This document shows, piece by piece, positions 15,217-23,572 of a stretch of 24,531 nucleotides of DNA (within the stretch, counting starts at the first letter, position 1; the number at the start of each line of letters is the position of its first letter). Origin of the DNA: a virus (taxonomy: Duplodnaviria; Caudoviricetes); IMG/VR virus record IMGVR_UViG_3300011338_000007, positions 1 to 24,531 of that record; one strand, given 5' to 3'. Both the position numbers and the translations under genes were made by a program. The notes under the pieces were generated by a model that saw only the letters and a program-made list of their open reading frames with translations, was not told the DNA's origin and made no database searches.

Positions 15217-16691
15217 TCGATGCCCTCTTTGATGTTGCCGATGTAGATCGGGAAACCCTCTAAGGCTGGATGTGGCTCTGCAACCACAAAACACCCCTGT
15301 CGAATTGCCTCAATTGCCCTGTTTGCGCTTTTGTAAGGAGCTGTGGCAGGGATCACCACTATATCGGCTCGGGCAAATTCTTCCAACATGGTTTCTTTCG
15401 ACCAAGGGATTGCCCCATCAAAATTAGATACTACCCGTAAGGGATAACCCTGCAAATCGGGCAATATGCGTTGTAGGCTCTCACGGTTGACATGATGCCC
15501 AAACCATAGCAAATTAACCCCATTGCAATGCGGCGGCATCTCGGGGTATTCATAAGGGTCGGAAATGACAGTAGCATCTCGCCCTAACTCTTTAATTCTT
15601 TTAGCCATTTCGGTGGTGGAGCAAGTCACCGCATCCGCAAGGCGCAATGCTTCTTGGTAGTGCAACCAATCAAAGTGATCATCACAGAAATCCACTACCA
15701 CCCAAGCGCCTCGGGCTTTGGCTCGCGCCATGTCCATTAACTCATTGGCTTGCGGCTTGGCAAATATTAGCGTGTCCGCAGTCAAGTCGTTTTGGCTTGC
15801 CCAATCCCCCGCAGGAATTTTGGCTCGGTAGCGCCAGCTTGCCGCATTCTTGTCGCCCCAATGAATAAATGATGTGCGCTCATTAAGCTCGTTCTTGCCA
15901 TCAATGATGCCGCCAAGCTCCATCATGTTTTGCTCACGCTTCTTAATAATGGCTTGGATTAACCCGCGCCCATGCCCATTAAACGTGGCATCAGGCAAAT
16001 AATCATAGTAAGTTTGAAAGTGCTCGGCCTGCAAAGCCATCGACATATTGCAGTTAAAGGTCTCGCCATCGGGATCAATCTTGACCTCAATCAGCTTGTC
16101 CCCATCCTTTAGTCCATCGCCATTAACTCTAAGTAACTCGCCGTCATTGCATGAATCAAAGCCAAACAACTCAAACTGGCGGTAGCCAAGCACATAAAAC
16201 AACGATATAGCCCTTAATCCCGAGGTTGTACCCCCACCTATCAGCATAGACTTTTTAGGGCGGTCTTGCCCCTTTTTAACGTATGGATGCCATAGTGTGA
16301 CCTGATACCCATCAAGATTGTCAAACATTGCTGGATGGCACTGGCTTGCAATCATGTAATGCACAGATGGCTGCGGTTTATAAAACGCTATCCTGTGCTC
16401 TTGCGGGTCAATGGCTAAAGCGTAATCAGGTGTTACGCCGTTCTCAATTAACCAATCATGTGCGCCCTTGATCGCCACAATAGGCGACCCTGCCGCTTTC
16501 ATCTTTTTAATAAGTTCTAACTGACCTTTAACGCTTGGGGCGCTTGCCACCAACAAGATTGCACCGGTCTTAGCTGCTTGCGCTTCTGTGACCTGTGGGT
16601 AACCTCTAGCAATCGCCGCATCCATATTGGCAAATAAGATGTCATCTTCTGCGACACATTTACCAGTAATTTTTAAAGGTAAAGAACTCAT
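15060..16691 (-). CDS. Two-domain putative glycosyltransferase: N-terminal Maf/DUF115-like domain + C-terminal GT-B (GT4-like) domain
   Basis: aa ~44-250: LVASAPSV, GAHDWL..GV.PDY...DP, ASQCHP, GGGTTSG.RA...LGYR.F.LFGFDS. aa ~272-525: ASWRYRA, VVVDFCDDHF, ADAVTCST, LLWFGH..N, ADIVVIP, KSANR..EA...G.FVVA. Confidence 0.82.
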   Translation of the reverse strand: MSSLPLKITGKCVAEDDILFANMDAAIARGYPQVTEAQAAKTGAILLVASAPSVKGQLELIKKMKAAGSPIVAIKGAHDWLIENGVTPDYALAIDPQEHRIAFYKPQPSVHYMIASQCHPAMFDNLDGYQVTLWHPYVKKGQDRPKKSMLIGGGTTSGLRAISLFYVLGYRQFELFGFDSCNDGELLRVNGDGLKDGDKLIEVKIDPDGETFNCNMSMALQAEHFQTYYDYLPDATFNGHGRGLIQAIIKKREQNMMELGGIIDGKNELNERTSFIHWGDKNAASWRYRAKIPAGDWASQNDLTADTLIFAKPQANELMDMARAKARGAWVVVDFCDDHFDWLHYQEALRLADAVTCSTTEMAKRIKELGRDATVISDPYEYPEMPPHCNGVNLLWFGHHVNRESLQRILPDLQGYPLRVVSNFDGAIPWSKETMLEEFARADIVVIPATAPYKSANRAIEAIRQGCFVVAEPHPALEGFPIYIGNIKEGIEWTRQQNMNELVSKAQKFVTAEFSPQTLIDKWKSATKRPTTLDVEKRNGTVG

Positions 16692-16692
16692 T

Positions 16693-16724
16693 AAAAAGAC
16701 ACCCCACCTTTTGAGTGGGGCATC
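16693..16724 (-). terminator. Intrinsic (Rho-independent) terminator after capsid/decoration genes
   Basis: Minus strand reads GATGCCCCACT-CAAAA-GGTGGGGTGTC-TTTTT: an 11-bp stem with 3 G-U pairs plus a U tract, 8 nt after the decoration gene stop. Confidence 0.8.
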
Positions 16725-16732
16725 GTTTCTGA

Positions 16733-17266
16733 TTAGCCTGCGCCAACCATGATCAAGCCTGCATTGTTGACCATACAGAATGGTGCGGATGCAGAAGTAG
16801 CCGATGTGTTAGCCACAATACCTTGGATGAAGCCAGCCGACACTGTTGTGTCGTCTAGTGAACCCGCAGTAGCTGTGGTGTACAAAGGCACTTTAGGCTG
16901 GCAAGAAACCAGCAAGTTAACTCTGAGCGTACCGTTTAAGCCAACCCAGCCGTAATAGCTAGAGGCAATAGCGGTTTGTGCAAAGCCAACCATGTTGAAA
17001 CCCAAATCTTTAGCATTTGTAGTGGTTACAGGCACAGCTCGCATAACAGGAGTGGTACTCGCTGAGTCTGCGTAAGTGCTCATAATCACCGCATCAAATG
17101 CGCTGATGGTGGATTCGGCGCGGACAAAAATATAAACGCCGTTGTTGGAAGTGCTCACCCGAGTACCAGGGGTAACGGGAAACAATGTTGTAGAGCCTGC
17201 ACTTGTTGACGCATAAGTAGCCGTCAAGTCAATGCCGATTTTGCCGTCTGTGACGTAATCTGCCAT
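16733..17266 (-). CDS. Putative capsid decoration / cement protein (177 aa, Ser/Thr-rich)
   Basis: Immediately after MCP, with AAGGAG RBS and before the terminator. G..YIFVRA and A...YYGWV...G motifs typical of beta-tulip decoration proteins. 43/177 residues are S or T. Confidence 0.72.
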   Translation of the reverse strand: MADYVTDGKIGIDLTATYASTSAGSTTLFPVTPGTRVSTSNNGVYIFVRAESTISAFDAVIMSTYADSASTTPVMRAVPVTTTNAKDLGFNMVGFAQTAIASSYYGWVGLNGTLRVNLLVSCQPKVPLYTTATAGSLDDTTVSAGFIQGIVANTSATSASAPFCMVNNAGLIMVGAG

Positions 17267-17278
17267 GATATTTGCTCC

Positions 17279-18259
17279 TTATTCAGTCATTACGCCTTGG
17301 AACTGGAGTCCCGAGGCGGTCATATTGCCAGCCCAGCCGATCAAGCGCACGATGGCATCTTGGTTGGTGGACATACGCTCATCACCAATCGGAACAAAGT
17401 TACGATTTGCGTGAGGACGGAAGAAAATGTATTTTGTGTTCAAGAAATAACCAGTAGATGTCGGAATATTACCGCCGATACCACCGTCAAGAACAACGTC
17501 TGCATTCATGTACTTGGAAGCAACAAAGCCTAACTCGGCCATTTTGCTAGAACCAGGGAAACGCTGAATGTTTTGCAAAGACGACATGAAGAAGCCCCAC
17601 AAGTTGTTATCCAACAAGATCAAATCGACTACGTCAGAGCCGCGACTTGTCTTTGCATACAGGCGGTTAAAACCGGTCTGAATGTTTGAGCTAGATGCGG
17701 AAGCACCCAAGTCACTAGAGAAGTCAAAAGTCTGATTGCGCCAAAATGACCATGTTTGACGATCAATACCGCCAACCACACCAGTTCCAGGCGATGCAAC
17801 CACCATAGCTTGCAAACCAGTGATCTGCTTACCATTGTTGGCTGTACCGTCAGAATAAATACCAGTAGAGATCAAATTCTCAATCGATGCCTCGGCAACG
17901 TCCAAACGTGCGTCAAACAAATCAATGATTTGCTCTTCGCCGCTGTTTTGGAGCATCTCCAAGCCATTGATGGTAACTGCCACCGCTGCTTGTTTGATGG
18001 GGAACTGAGCCGCAGAGATAACGTCCGCAGGGCTAATGTCTAAGACTTCAGCGCCTGAATAGTACATAGCGGTTGAGTTTGCTTGGAATGACAATTCTTG
18101 CAGAATGGTCGAACCACCCGTAAAAGGCTTGTAACGGCCTTTCTCACGCAGGCGAGTCAGCAACGCATTGTTTTTGGTCACGTTATCGGCAACGATGCCG
18201 GAGCGTGACTCAATGGTGGTTGCTAAAACGTCTGAGTAATTACTATTGGCGTATGCCAT
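17279..18259 (-). CDS. Major capsid protein (HK97 fold inferred)
   Basis: 326 aa after scaffold. ATT...ADNV..NNALL..L, GG..I...L, YSG.E.L, DGT...GKQITGL, YFLNT.Y motifs; strong AAAGGAG RBS. Confidence 0.9.
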   Translation of the reverse strand: MAYANSNYSDVLATTIESRSGIVADNVTKNNALLTRLREKGRYKPFTGGSTILQELSFQANSTAMYYSGAEVLDISPADVISAAQFPIKQAAVAVTINGLEMLQNSGEEQIIDLFDARLDVAEASIENLISTGIYSDGTANNGKQITGLQAMVVASPGTGVVGGIDRQTWSFWRNQTFDFSSDLGASASSSNIQTGFNRLYAKTSRGSDVVDLILLDNNLWGFFMSSLQNIQRFPGSSKMAELGFVASKYMNADVVLDGGIGGNIPTSTGYFLNTKYIFFRPHANRNFVPIGDERMSTNQDAIVRLIGWAGNMTASGLQFQGVMTE

Positions 18260-18272
18260 GATTTACTCCTTT

Positions 18273-19325
18273 TTAATTCACCTGCCGCAGCGCATTGGCA
18301 ATAACGGCTCGGCGATCAGTTTGATTGACTGCACCTGAAATGGCAGCGCCAGGCGCTCCCCTAACTTGTACAGCCGCTTGTTTTGCTTTCTGTACTTGAT
18401 TTTGTGTGGCGTAGTTTTGTTGCTGTTGAGCATATAAACCTTGTGCCAACTGTGGATCAAGCCTTACGGCGGTGTCATATGCTATTTGCAATTTCTCGCG
18501 TTCAGACATATGACTAATGTCCCCTAGAACTTGCGGCGCTTGGAGAAGCGACAACATTCGATCTTGGACTGCCTCAAAGTGTGCGTTTGCGGGGTCGCCT
18601 GCAAACTGCTGAATTACCGAGAGTGCTCGGTTTTCATTCTGTTTCTGCGCTTCGTACTGGCTCTGCGTGATGTGTGCCGTGAGCTGTTGCACTTGTTGCG
18701 CTAATTGATTGTAGTGCGAATCTTGTTGTGGTGGCGCTTCGCCGCTAAAGTAAGCCGCCACTTGATCCAAAGGAATTTGAAACTGTTGAATCATTCTCGC
18801 TACCGCCTGCGATTTTTGCTGCGGTGTGCCTGTTCTCAACAATGCCGCCGTTTGGAGCAATGGTGCAATCGCTGTTGCTGGCGTAGCGTTTTCGTTTCTC
18901 AGCATCCACTCATAAGGCTGGAATAACTCGGTAATTGCCCGAGCCTCGGCATCCCTTTGCTTGTATGTGCTAATGCCCTTTTCATAGTCGGCATCCCGTT
19001 GAGCAAAAGCTTGTTGTAGTTCAGGCGGGGCTTTTTCCCAATGTTCTTTTAGCTCAAGACGTAGGCTTTTAGGCATCTCAGCCCTTGGCTTGTCAGCCAT
19101 TTGAGGTGCTTGAGTTTGGTCTGTTGGAAACTTAGGAGCAAACTTACCGCCCTCTCGGGGCTGGGTAGCTGCGTGTTTGCCTCGGTTTGTCGGTGTCTTG
19201 GTCAGTGCCTCACGAATCGTATCGGCTCTGCTTTGCGGCTCTGCTGCCGTTTGGGGCGCTTCTACCGCTGGGGTTTCGGGTGCTGGTGTTTCTACTGTGT
19301 CGGGTGCGACAACTTCGTTTTCCAT
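18273..19325 (-). CDS. Capsid scaffolding protein
   Basis: Acidic/Pro-rich N-terminus, R..GKFA, P.S....KE.W...P motif, Gln-rich helices, directly before MCP. ATG 19325 has better RBS spacing than GTG 19328. Confidence 0.8.
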   Translation of the reverse strand: MENEVVAPDTVETPAPETPAVEAPQTAAEPQSRADTIREALTKTPTNRGKHAATQPREGGKFAPKFPTDQTQAPQMADKPRAEMPKSLRLELKEHWEKAPPELQQAFAQRDADYEKGISTYKQRDAEARAITELFQPYEWMLRNENATPATAIAPLLQTAALLRTGTPQQKSQAVARMIQQFQIPLDQVAAYFSGEAPPQQDSHYNQLAQQVQQLTAHITQSQYEAQKQNENRALSVIQQFAGDPANAHFEAVQDRMLSLLQAPQVLGDISHMSEREKLQIAYDTAVRLDPQLAQGLYAQQQQNYATQNQVQKAKQAAVQVRGAPGAAISGAVNQTDRRAVIANALRQVN

Positions 19326-19753
19326 CACTTCATCCTTTTCATTTGTTCCAAAGTCATTTTGATCATCTCTTTACGCTCGGGCATTGGCCTGTTGTGCAGC
19401 CGGTTTGCCATCTCTACGTTAAGGTTAGACATCTTAACAGGTGCAATCGGTGCGCCTGGTCGGTCAAACTCTTGCACCGTAGCCAGTTGACCACGCAATC
19501 GGTCTCGGTGCGCTTCTTTCTTCTTGTTCCACTCTTGCTGTGCATACTTAACATCAGAGTGACCCATCTCAATCGAATCGGTGCGCTTTAGGTGCTCACG
19601 CCATTGCTTTCTGCCCTCAATCATTACACCATCAGGAGACATAAAAGGCGCAATATCACCTCTTACTGAGGCCATCGCTTCATCTCGGTACTCGCCCCTA
19701 GTAACCTCGTAGGCTTCGCTGCCGTCTGATGGATAAACCCAAGTTCTTTTCAC
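19325..19753 (-). CDS. Conserved hypothetical protein between portal and scaffold (142 aa)
   Basis: DI.PF.SPDG..I.GR...REHLK....E.G motif; GGAG RBS; overlaps both neighbours. Confidence 0.75.
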   Translation of the reverse strand: MKRTWVYPSDGSEAYEVTRGEYRDEAMASVRGDIAPFMSPDGVMIEGRKQWREHLKRTDSIEMGHSDVKYAQQEWNKKKEAHRDRLRGQLATVQEFDRPGAPIAPVKMSNLNVEMANRLHNRPMPERKEMIKMTLEQMKRMK

Positions 19754-20112
19754 ATTAACTCCAAAAGCATTGCGACATCTTCTTCATCACGTTTTAGCTT
19801 AACACGAACTTCAAGGGTTTTGACCCTTTGCATTAACAAATCATAATCAATTTGTTTTCTAGCCGCAACCTCTATTGTTTGTACGGGTGCTGAAGTGATT
19901 TCTTCCCTTGTTTCGGGCGGTAAACCAAACAGCGCCTCTTGCAGTTTTAGCTTGCGTTGCGCTTCTAGCTTTTGGTCTTTAGCCCAACGTTCATCACGCT
20001 TTTTTTCGTCAAAGCCAAAGTGACCACCTAATGGAATCTCAACCGGCGTTGGCGCAATACCTACGCCTAATGTGGCAAATGGCAACTCCGCAAACGATGC
20101 GAAACCAAACAC
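19750..20112 (-). CDS. Hypothetical protein (MFGFASFAELPFA N-terminus, coiled coil, DEED..LL C-terminus)
   Basis: GTG start directly after upstream TAG; fills the gap; ATG/TGA overlap with next gene. Confidence 0.72.
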   Translation of the reverse strand: MFGFASFAELPFATLGVGIAPTPVEIPLGGHFGFDEKKRDERWAKDQKLEAQRKLKLQEALFGLPPETREEITSAPVQTIEVAARKQIDYDLLMQRVKTLEVRVKLKRDEEDVAMLLELM

Positions 20113-20994
20113 CTACGCCCCCCAAGTGGCAGATTGTGCGCTTGTTACCCACAAACTTGTTGCCGAGTTATAAACCAAAATATCGCCATTGTTTGGGTTT
20201 TGTGCCGAAACATTGTGCAATTCATCCATTTCATAGCCGTTTTGCACCTTGACAATTAACTTACCATGCACTGGGTGGGCATGGGAAACAACAGCCACAT
20301 AAACAAGATGCTGTGGCGCATACGGCTTGGTTACGGTCAAAGCTCCCGCCGTGGTTGGGCTTAAATAAAGCTGCACCCCATCGGTATATGCTGATGTATC
20401 AAGATCATCAATCAATCCAATAATAGTTACATATCCATTGGAATTGTTTGCCAAGTCACTGGTTATCAATCCTAGTGTCTGCGCTGATGTGGCATCGCTT
20501 GTTGCTAAAGCCTTAGACACGGTGGGTAATTGTCCTGTAGCGCCTGAAATATAAACCGCTGTGCCTTTTGTTAAGGTCGCACCAGTAGAATTTCGTACTT
20601 GTTCAACTAGCACAGAAGCTGGAGACGTTTGCGATACCGCAAGGTCAACAACAGATCCAGTTGTAGTAACAATAACGCTTCCATCAGCGGATGCAATCGA
20701 AGTTACAGTGTTTTCAGCAGGCAAGGTTACAAATACATCCTTTGCACCCGCCGCAAGGTTAAGTATTGAGCCTGTTGATGAAGAGATTATGGTTGTTCTA
20801 GCTAACGTGCCGCTAAAGTAAGTCCCAATCCCAACCTCCCATTGCGTACCGCCTGAGATTGTGTAATAGGTCGTATTGTTGTTGCCAATTACCGAAAATG
20901 ACTGAAACCCATCAACAGAGCCGTCTAGCGTGATCGTTCCAGTACCCGTTGAAGTGGTGGTCTGTCTTACCCGATCAGCTAAAACAAGGCTCAT
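20113..20994 (-). CDS. Fibre/decoration-like structural protein (293 aa)
   Basis: LADRV..TTTSTGTGTITL...WEVGIGT...KDVFVT.PA N-domain; decoration-like middle domain (N.TGATL.KG.AVYISG...YLS.TTAG); C-terminal L.NV....GDILVYN....W fibre repeat. Very Thr/Ser-rich. Confidence 0.68.
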   Translation of the reverse strand: MSLVLADRVRQTTTSTGTGTITLDGSVDGFQSFSVIGNNNTTYYTISGGTQWEVGIGTYFSGTLARTTIISSSTGSILNLAAGAKDVFVTLPAENTVTSIASADGSVIVTTTGSVVDLAVSQTSPASVLVEQVRNSTGATLTKGTAVYISGATGQLPTVSKALATSDATSAQTLGLITSDLANNSNGYVTIIGLIDDLDTSAYTDGVQLYLSPTTAGALTVTKPYAPQHLVYVAVVSHAHPVHGKLIVKVQNGYEMDELHNVSAQNPNNGDILVYNSATSLWVTSAQSATWGA

Positions 20995-23291
20995 GCTATC
21001 TCCACGCCAATTACTAAGCCATCAGCACCCCTGACCACTTTCTTAGGTGCTGACAATTGTTGCATTGCCTTACCAATGTTTTGCATTGATTCGCCGTGCA
21101 TATTAGCCATCTGATCGTGCATCAGCGCCATCTTGTCCATTGCTTGAACAATCGTGCCGCCTAGCTCGTTGGTTATTTGTGCAGACGCTGCTTCAATGAC
21201 CGGTAGGTCAAGGCCAGGGTTGCTACCAATCCTTGCCACCATGATCTTAGTCGCAGCATCAAGCTCTGCTTTCCATCGTTCATATTCTTCCTTTCCAGCC
21301 ATTTCTCGGGCTTTAATTTGAAGTTCATTGTTCTGTTTAGCGGTCTCAAAGTCCGCTTTCATTTGTGCCAATTGCATTTCAGCCTGCACTTTAGCTTGGT
21401 GCATCTGCATTTCAAGTTGCGCCTTGCCTTGCTCAATTTGAGCTTGCGCTTGCATTTTCATCTGCTCAGTCTGCGCTTGTGCCTGCATCCGCATCTGCTC
21501 GGCCTGTTGCTCGGCTTGCATTTGCATCATCTCAGGCGGTGGGCTTGGCTGTTGTTGTTTAGCCGCATCTGCCTTGTCTTGCAGGGCTTTCATAGCCTTT
21601 TCTACTGCGCTCTCTAACCCACGGCCTGCCCTAAATCGGCGCACCAAGAACAAAAGCATCTCGGAAACCATAGGCAAAGTTTCAGGCGCTTGGGTAACCA
21701 TTGGGATTGCCTCACGCAAGAATACACCAATAGCTCCTATTGCCTCTTGTGCGCCTTGCTTTTCTGCTTGCTCATCAATCTGAGCCAAGCTGTCAGCCTC
21801 AACCGCAATGTTGAAGTCGCGTATGGTGCTGTCAGACAACATTTGCAACGCTGCCTGCAACATTTGCGGGTCTTGACCATCTGAGGTGTTCATCACACCT
21901 GACATTTCAACAATCAGCTCGGGCGGGTAAAACTTACATATAACTTGCGCCTTGAGTTTGAAAATGTCGGTAGCAAACCGAGCCACATCGCCTTGGCTGC
22001 TCTTTAACCTTAAACTGCCAAAGTTAGCCTTAAGCTGTTGAGCACCAAGCGTTTCTTGAGCTTTGGACGATCCACGCAGGATGTCCGATATGCCCATGAT
22101 TTCGTAAATGGACTGTTTGACCTGTTCCCTTGCCGCATACAACTCACGCAAGGTAATAATAATCTGCGAGGTGTCCATCATGTCGATAGCGCCTTTTAAG
22201 CCGCCTTTTTCCGACATTGCCGCCCATGCTGTCACAGGGAATAGCTTGTTGTCCACACCCTCGCTAAACATCCGAGCCAATTCCTTAAACTCAGCGTTGA
22301 ATACGCCAACCGCTTTACAGGCTTTGGTCAGCAAATAAATGCGTTGCGTTAAGTTATCTAGCTCTTGCGCCTGATCTTCGTACTCACAAAAGTCGGGTAC
22401 AGGAATCATTGAGCCAGTGGTGGTGGTTGCCATCAACGGCTTAGGGCATGGGAAAAACTCATCTAACCCTAATGGGTCATCACGCTCATCTAGTGCTTGT
22501 GGATAACCTTTGGCAATCCAACAAACCTTTGCCGTGCGCTTGTTCCAAATCTCATAGACCATCGCCTTTTTGTCGTAGGTCATCTTGGCGGTCATGGGAT
22601 TCTTACCGTCCATGTCGGTGTTTGAGCTGGTCAGGCTGACGTTTTTAAATACGTCACCAAAGCGCTCTACGCCCTCATCCTTGGTCATGTAGACCGCCCG
22701 AGCAACCCACCAAACTTCGTCCCATGTCCGAGCTGGTGAATGTAAGAAATCAGCCCAGTAAACGTAATCAATTGGGCTGTGAGCTGCATCAATGCGCTCG
22801 GTTGGGTCTTCTACAGTGTTATAGACTTGCGATTCATCTCGCTCCATCTCACCCTCAACCTCGGGGGTCTCGTTGACAATGACAGGCTCGTAGCGAATCC
22901 ATGCTGTGCCGCGACCAGGCAGCAATCGGTCTTGCACTGCGCCACTCATTGCCGCATCAAAGTCACCAAATTGCGTGGTCTCGTACTCCATAACACGCTC
23001 AAGCATGGTAGAAGCCAATCGACCCACAGGGTCTTGATCCATGTATCGGCGTGAAACCTCGGGCTTGGCTTGTCTGCCGTATAGCGCAGGAAAGAGCACT
23101 TGGATGTTTGACCATAGGATGTTGAACTTCATCCTTGGCATTTCTATGGCATCACGTTCATCCCGATACCGCTTGACAACCTTTTGACCACGCTTTTCCC
23201 ACTTATCAAATATCTTGATAGCGGTCTCAATCTGATCGTGCCAATAAGGGCCAGCGTCCTCGCCCTCATATGCGCCGGTTTCATCGTACAT
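20991..23291 (-). CDS. Portal protein (P22-like, long C-terminal helical barrel)
   Basis: 766 aa after terminase. FNILWSN...P.LY...P.V.RR, G.G.AW.RY, FFPCPKP, IYEI.GISDI.RG....ET..AQ..K motifs; Gln/Met/Ala-rich tail. Confidence 0.9.
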   Translation of the reverse strand: MYDETGAYEGEDAGPYWHDQIETAIKIFDKWEKRGQKVVKRYRDERDAIEMPRMKFNILWSNIQVLFPALYGRQAKPEVSRRYMDQDPVGRLASTMLERVMEYETTQFGDFDAAMSGAVQDRLLPGRGTAWIRYEPVIVNETPEVEGEMERDESQVYNTVEDPTERIDAAHSPIDYVYWADFLHSPARTWDEVWWVARAVYMTKDEGVERFGDVFKNVSLTSSNTDMDGKNPMTAKMTYDKKAMVYEIWNKRTAKVCWIAKGYPQALDERDDPLGLDEFFPCPKPLMATTTTGSMIPVPDFCEYEDQAQELDNLTQRIYLLTKACKAVGVFNAEFKELARMFSEGVDNKLFPVTAWAAMSEKGGLKGAIDMMDTSQIIITLRELYAAREQVKQSIYEIMGISDILRGSSKAQETLGAQQLKANFGSLRLKSSQGDVARFATDIFKLKAQVICKFYPPELIVEMSGVMNTSDGQDPQMLQAALQMLSDSTIRDFNIAVEADSLAQIDEQAEKQGAQEAIGAIGVFLREAIPMVTQAPETLPMVSEMLLFLVRRFRAGRGLESAVEKAMKALQDKADAAKQQQPSPPPEMMQMQAEQQAEQMRMQAQAQTEQMKMQAQAQIEQGKAQLEMQMHQAKVQAEMQLAQMKADFETAKQNNELQIKAREMAGKEEYERWKAELDAATKIMVARIGSNPGLDLPVIEAASAQITNELGGTIVQAMDKMALMHDQMANMHGESMQNIGKAMQQLSAPKKVVRGADGLVIGVEIA
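21351..21515 (-). repeat. Five 11-residue (hendecad) coiled-coil repeats in portal C-terminus
   Basis: AEQQAEQMRMQ / AQAQTEQMKMQ / AQAQIEQGKAQ / LEMQMHQAKVQ / AEMQLAQMKAD. Confidence 0.7.
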
Positions 23292-23293
23292 GA

Positions 23294-23572
23294 TCAGCTA
23301 CCAGCGGCAAAGAAGAATGTCACATCAAGCCCTGTGCCGCCAACTGTGGCATATAGACTAACACCCACGTTGGCAGGAAATCTATGAAAGCCAATTAATG
23401 GGGTAATCGTGCCACTCATTACCTCACCGCCTGACCCACCATTGCGGAGCACCAATGTGCCTGCGGTGGTGTTGTTAACGTAAAAACCAATTAACTGGCA
23501 AGGGCCAGGCGTTACTGCGCCTGTGGCGGTGATATTCTTGTATCCACCTACTTCTGCTACTGGCTGGCTCAT
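23294..23572 (-). CDS. Small beta-rich hypothetical protein (92 aa), possibly virion-associated
   Basis: GAGGAG RBS, ATGA overlap with terminase stop; Gly/Thr/Val-rich alternating beta pattern. Confidence 0.75.
   Translation of the reverse strand: MSQPVAEVGGYKNITATGAVTPGPCQLIGFYVNNTTAGTLVLRNGGSGGEVMSGTITPLIGFHRFPANVGVSLYATVGGTGLDVTFFFAAGS

Noticed and set aside
13895-16691. Reading the DUF115 proteins as MptE pterin diphosphokinases (folate/methanopterin auxiliary metabolic genes)
   Set aside because: The family label is shared, but fusion to a GT-B domain, linkage to a methyltransferase and location among virion genes favour glycosyl transfer. No pterin pathway genes are present.
20110-20115. 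TAG immediately followed by in-frame GTG (possible amber read-through fusion)
   Set aside because: The downstream sequence FGFASFAELPFA looks like a genuine N-terminal motif and has a G-rich SD. Abutting genes are the norm here. It cannot be excluded, but nothing supports it.
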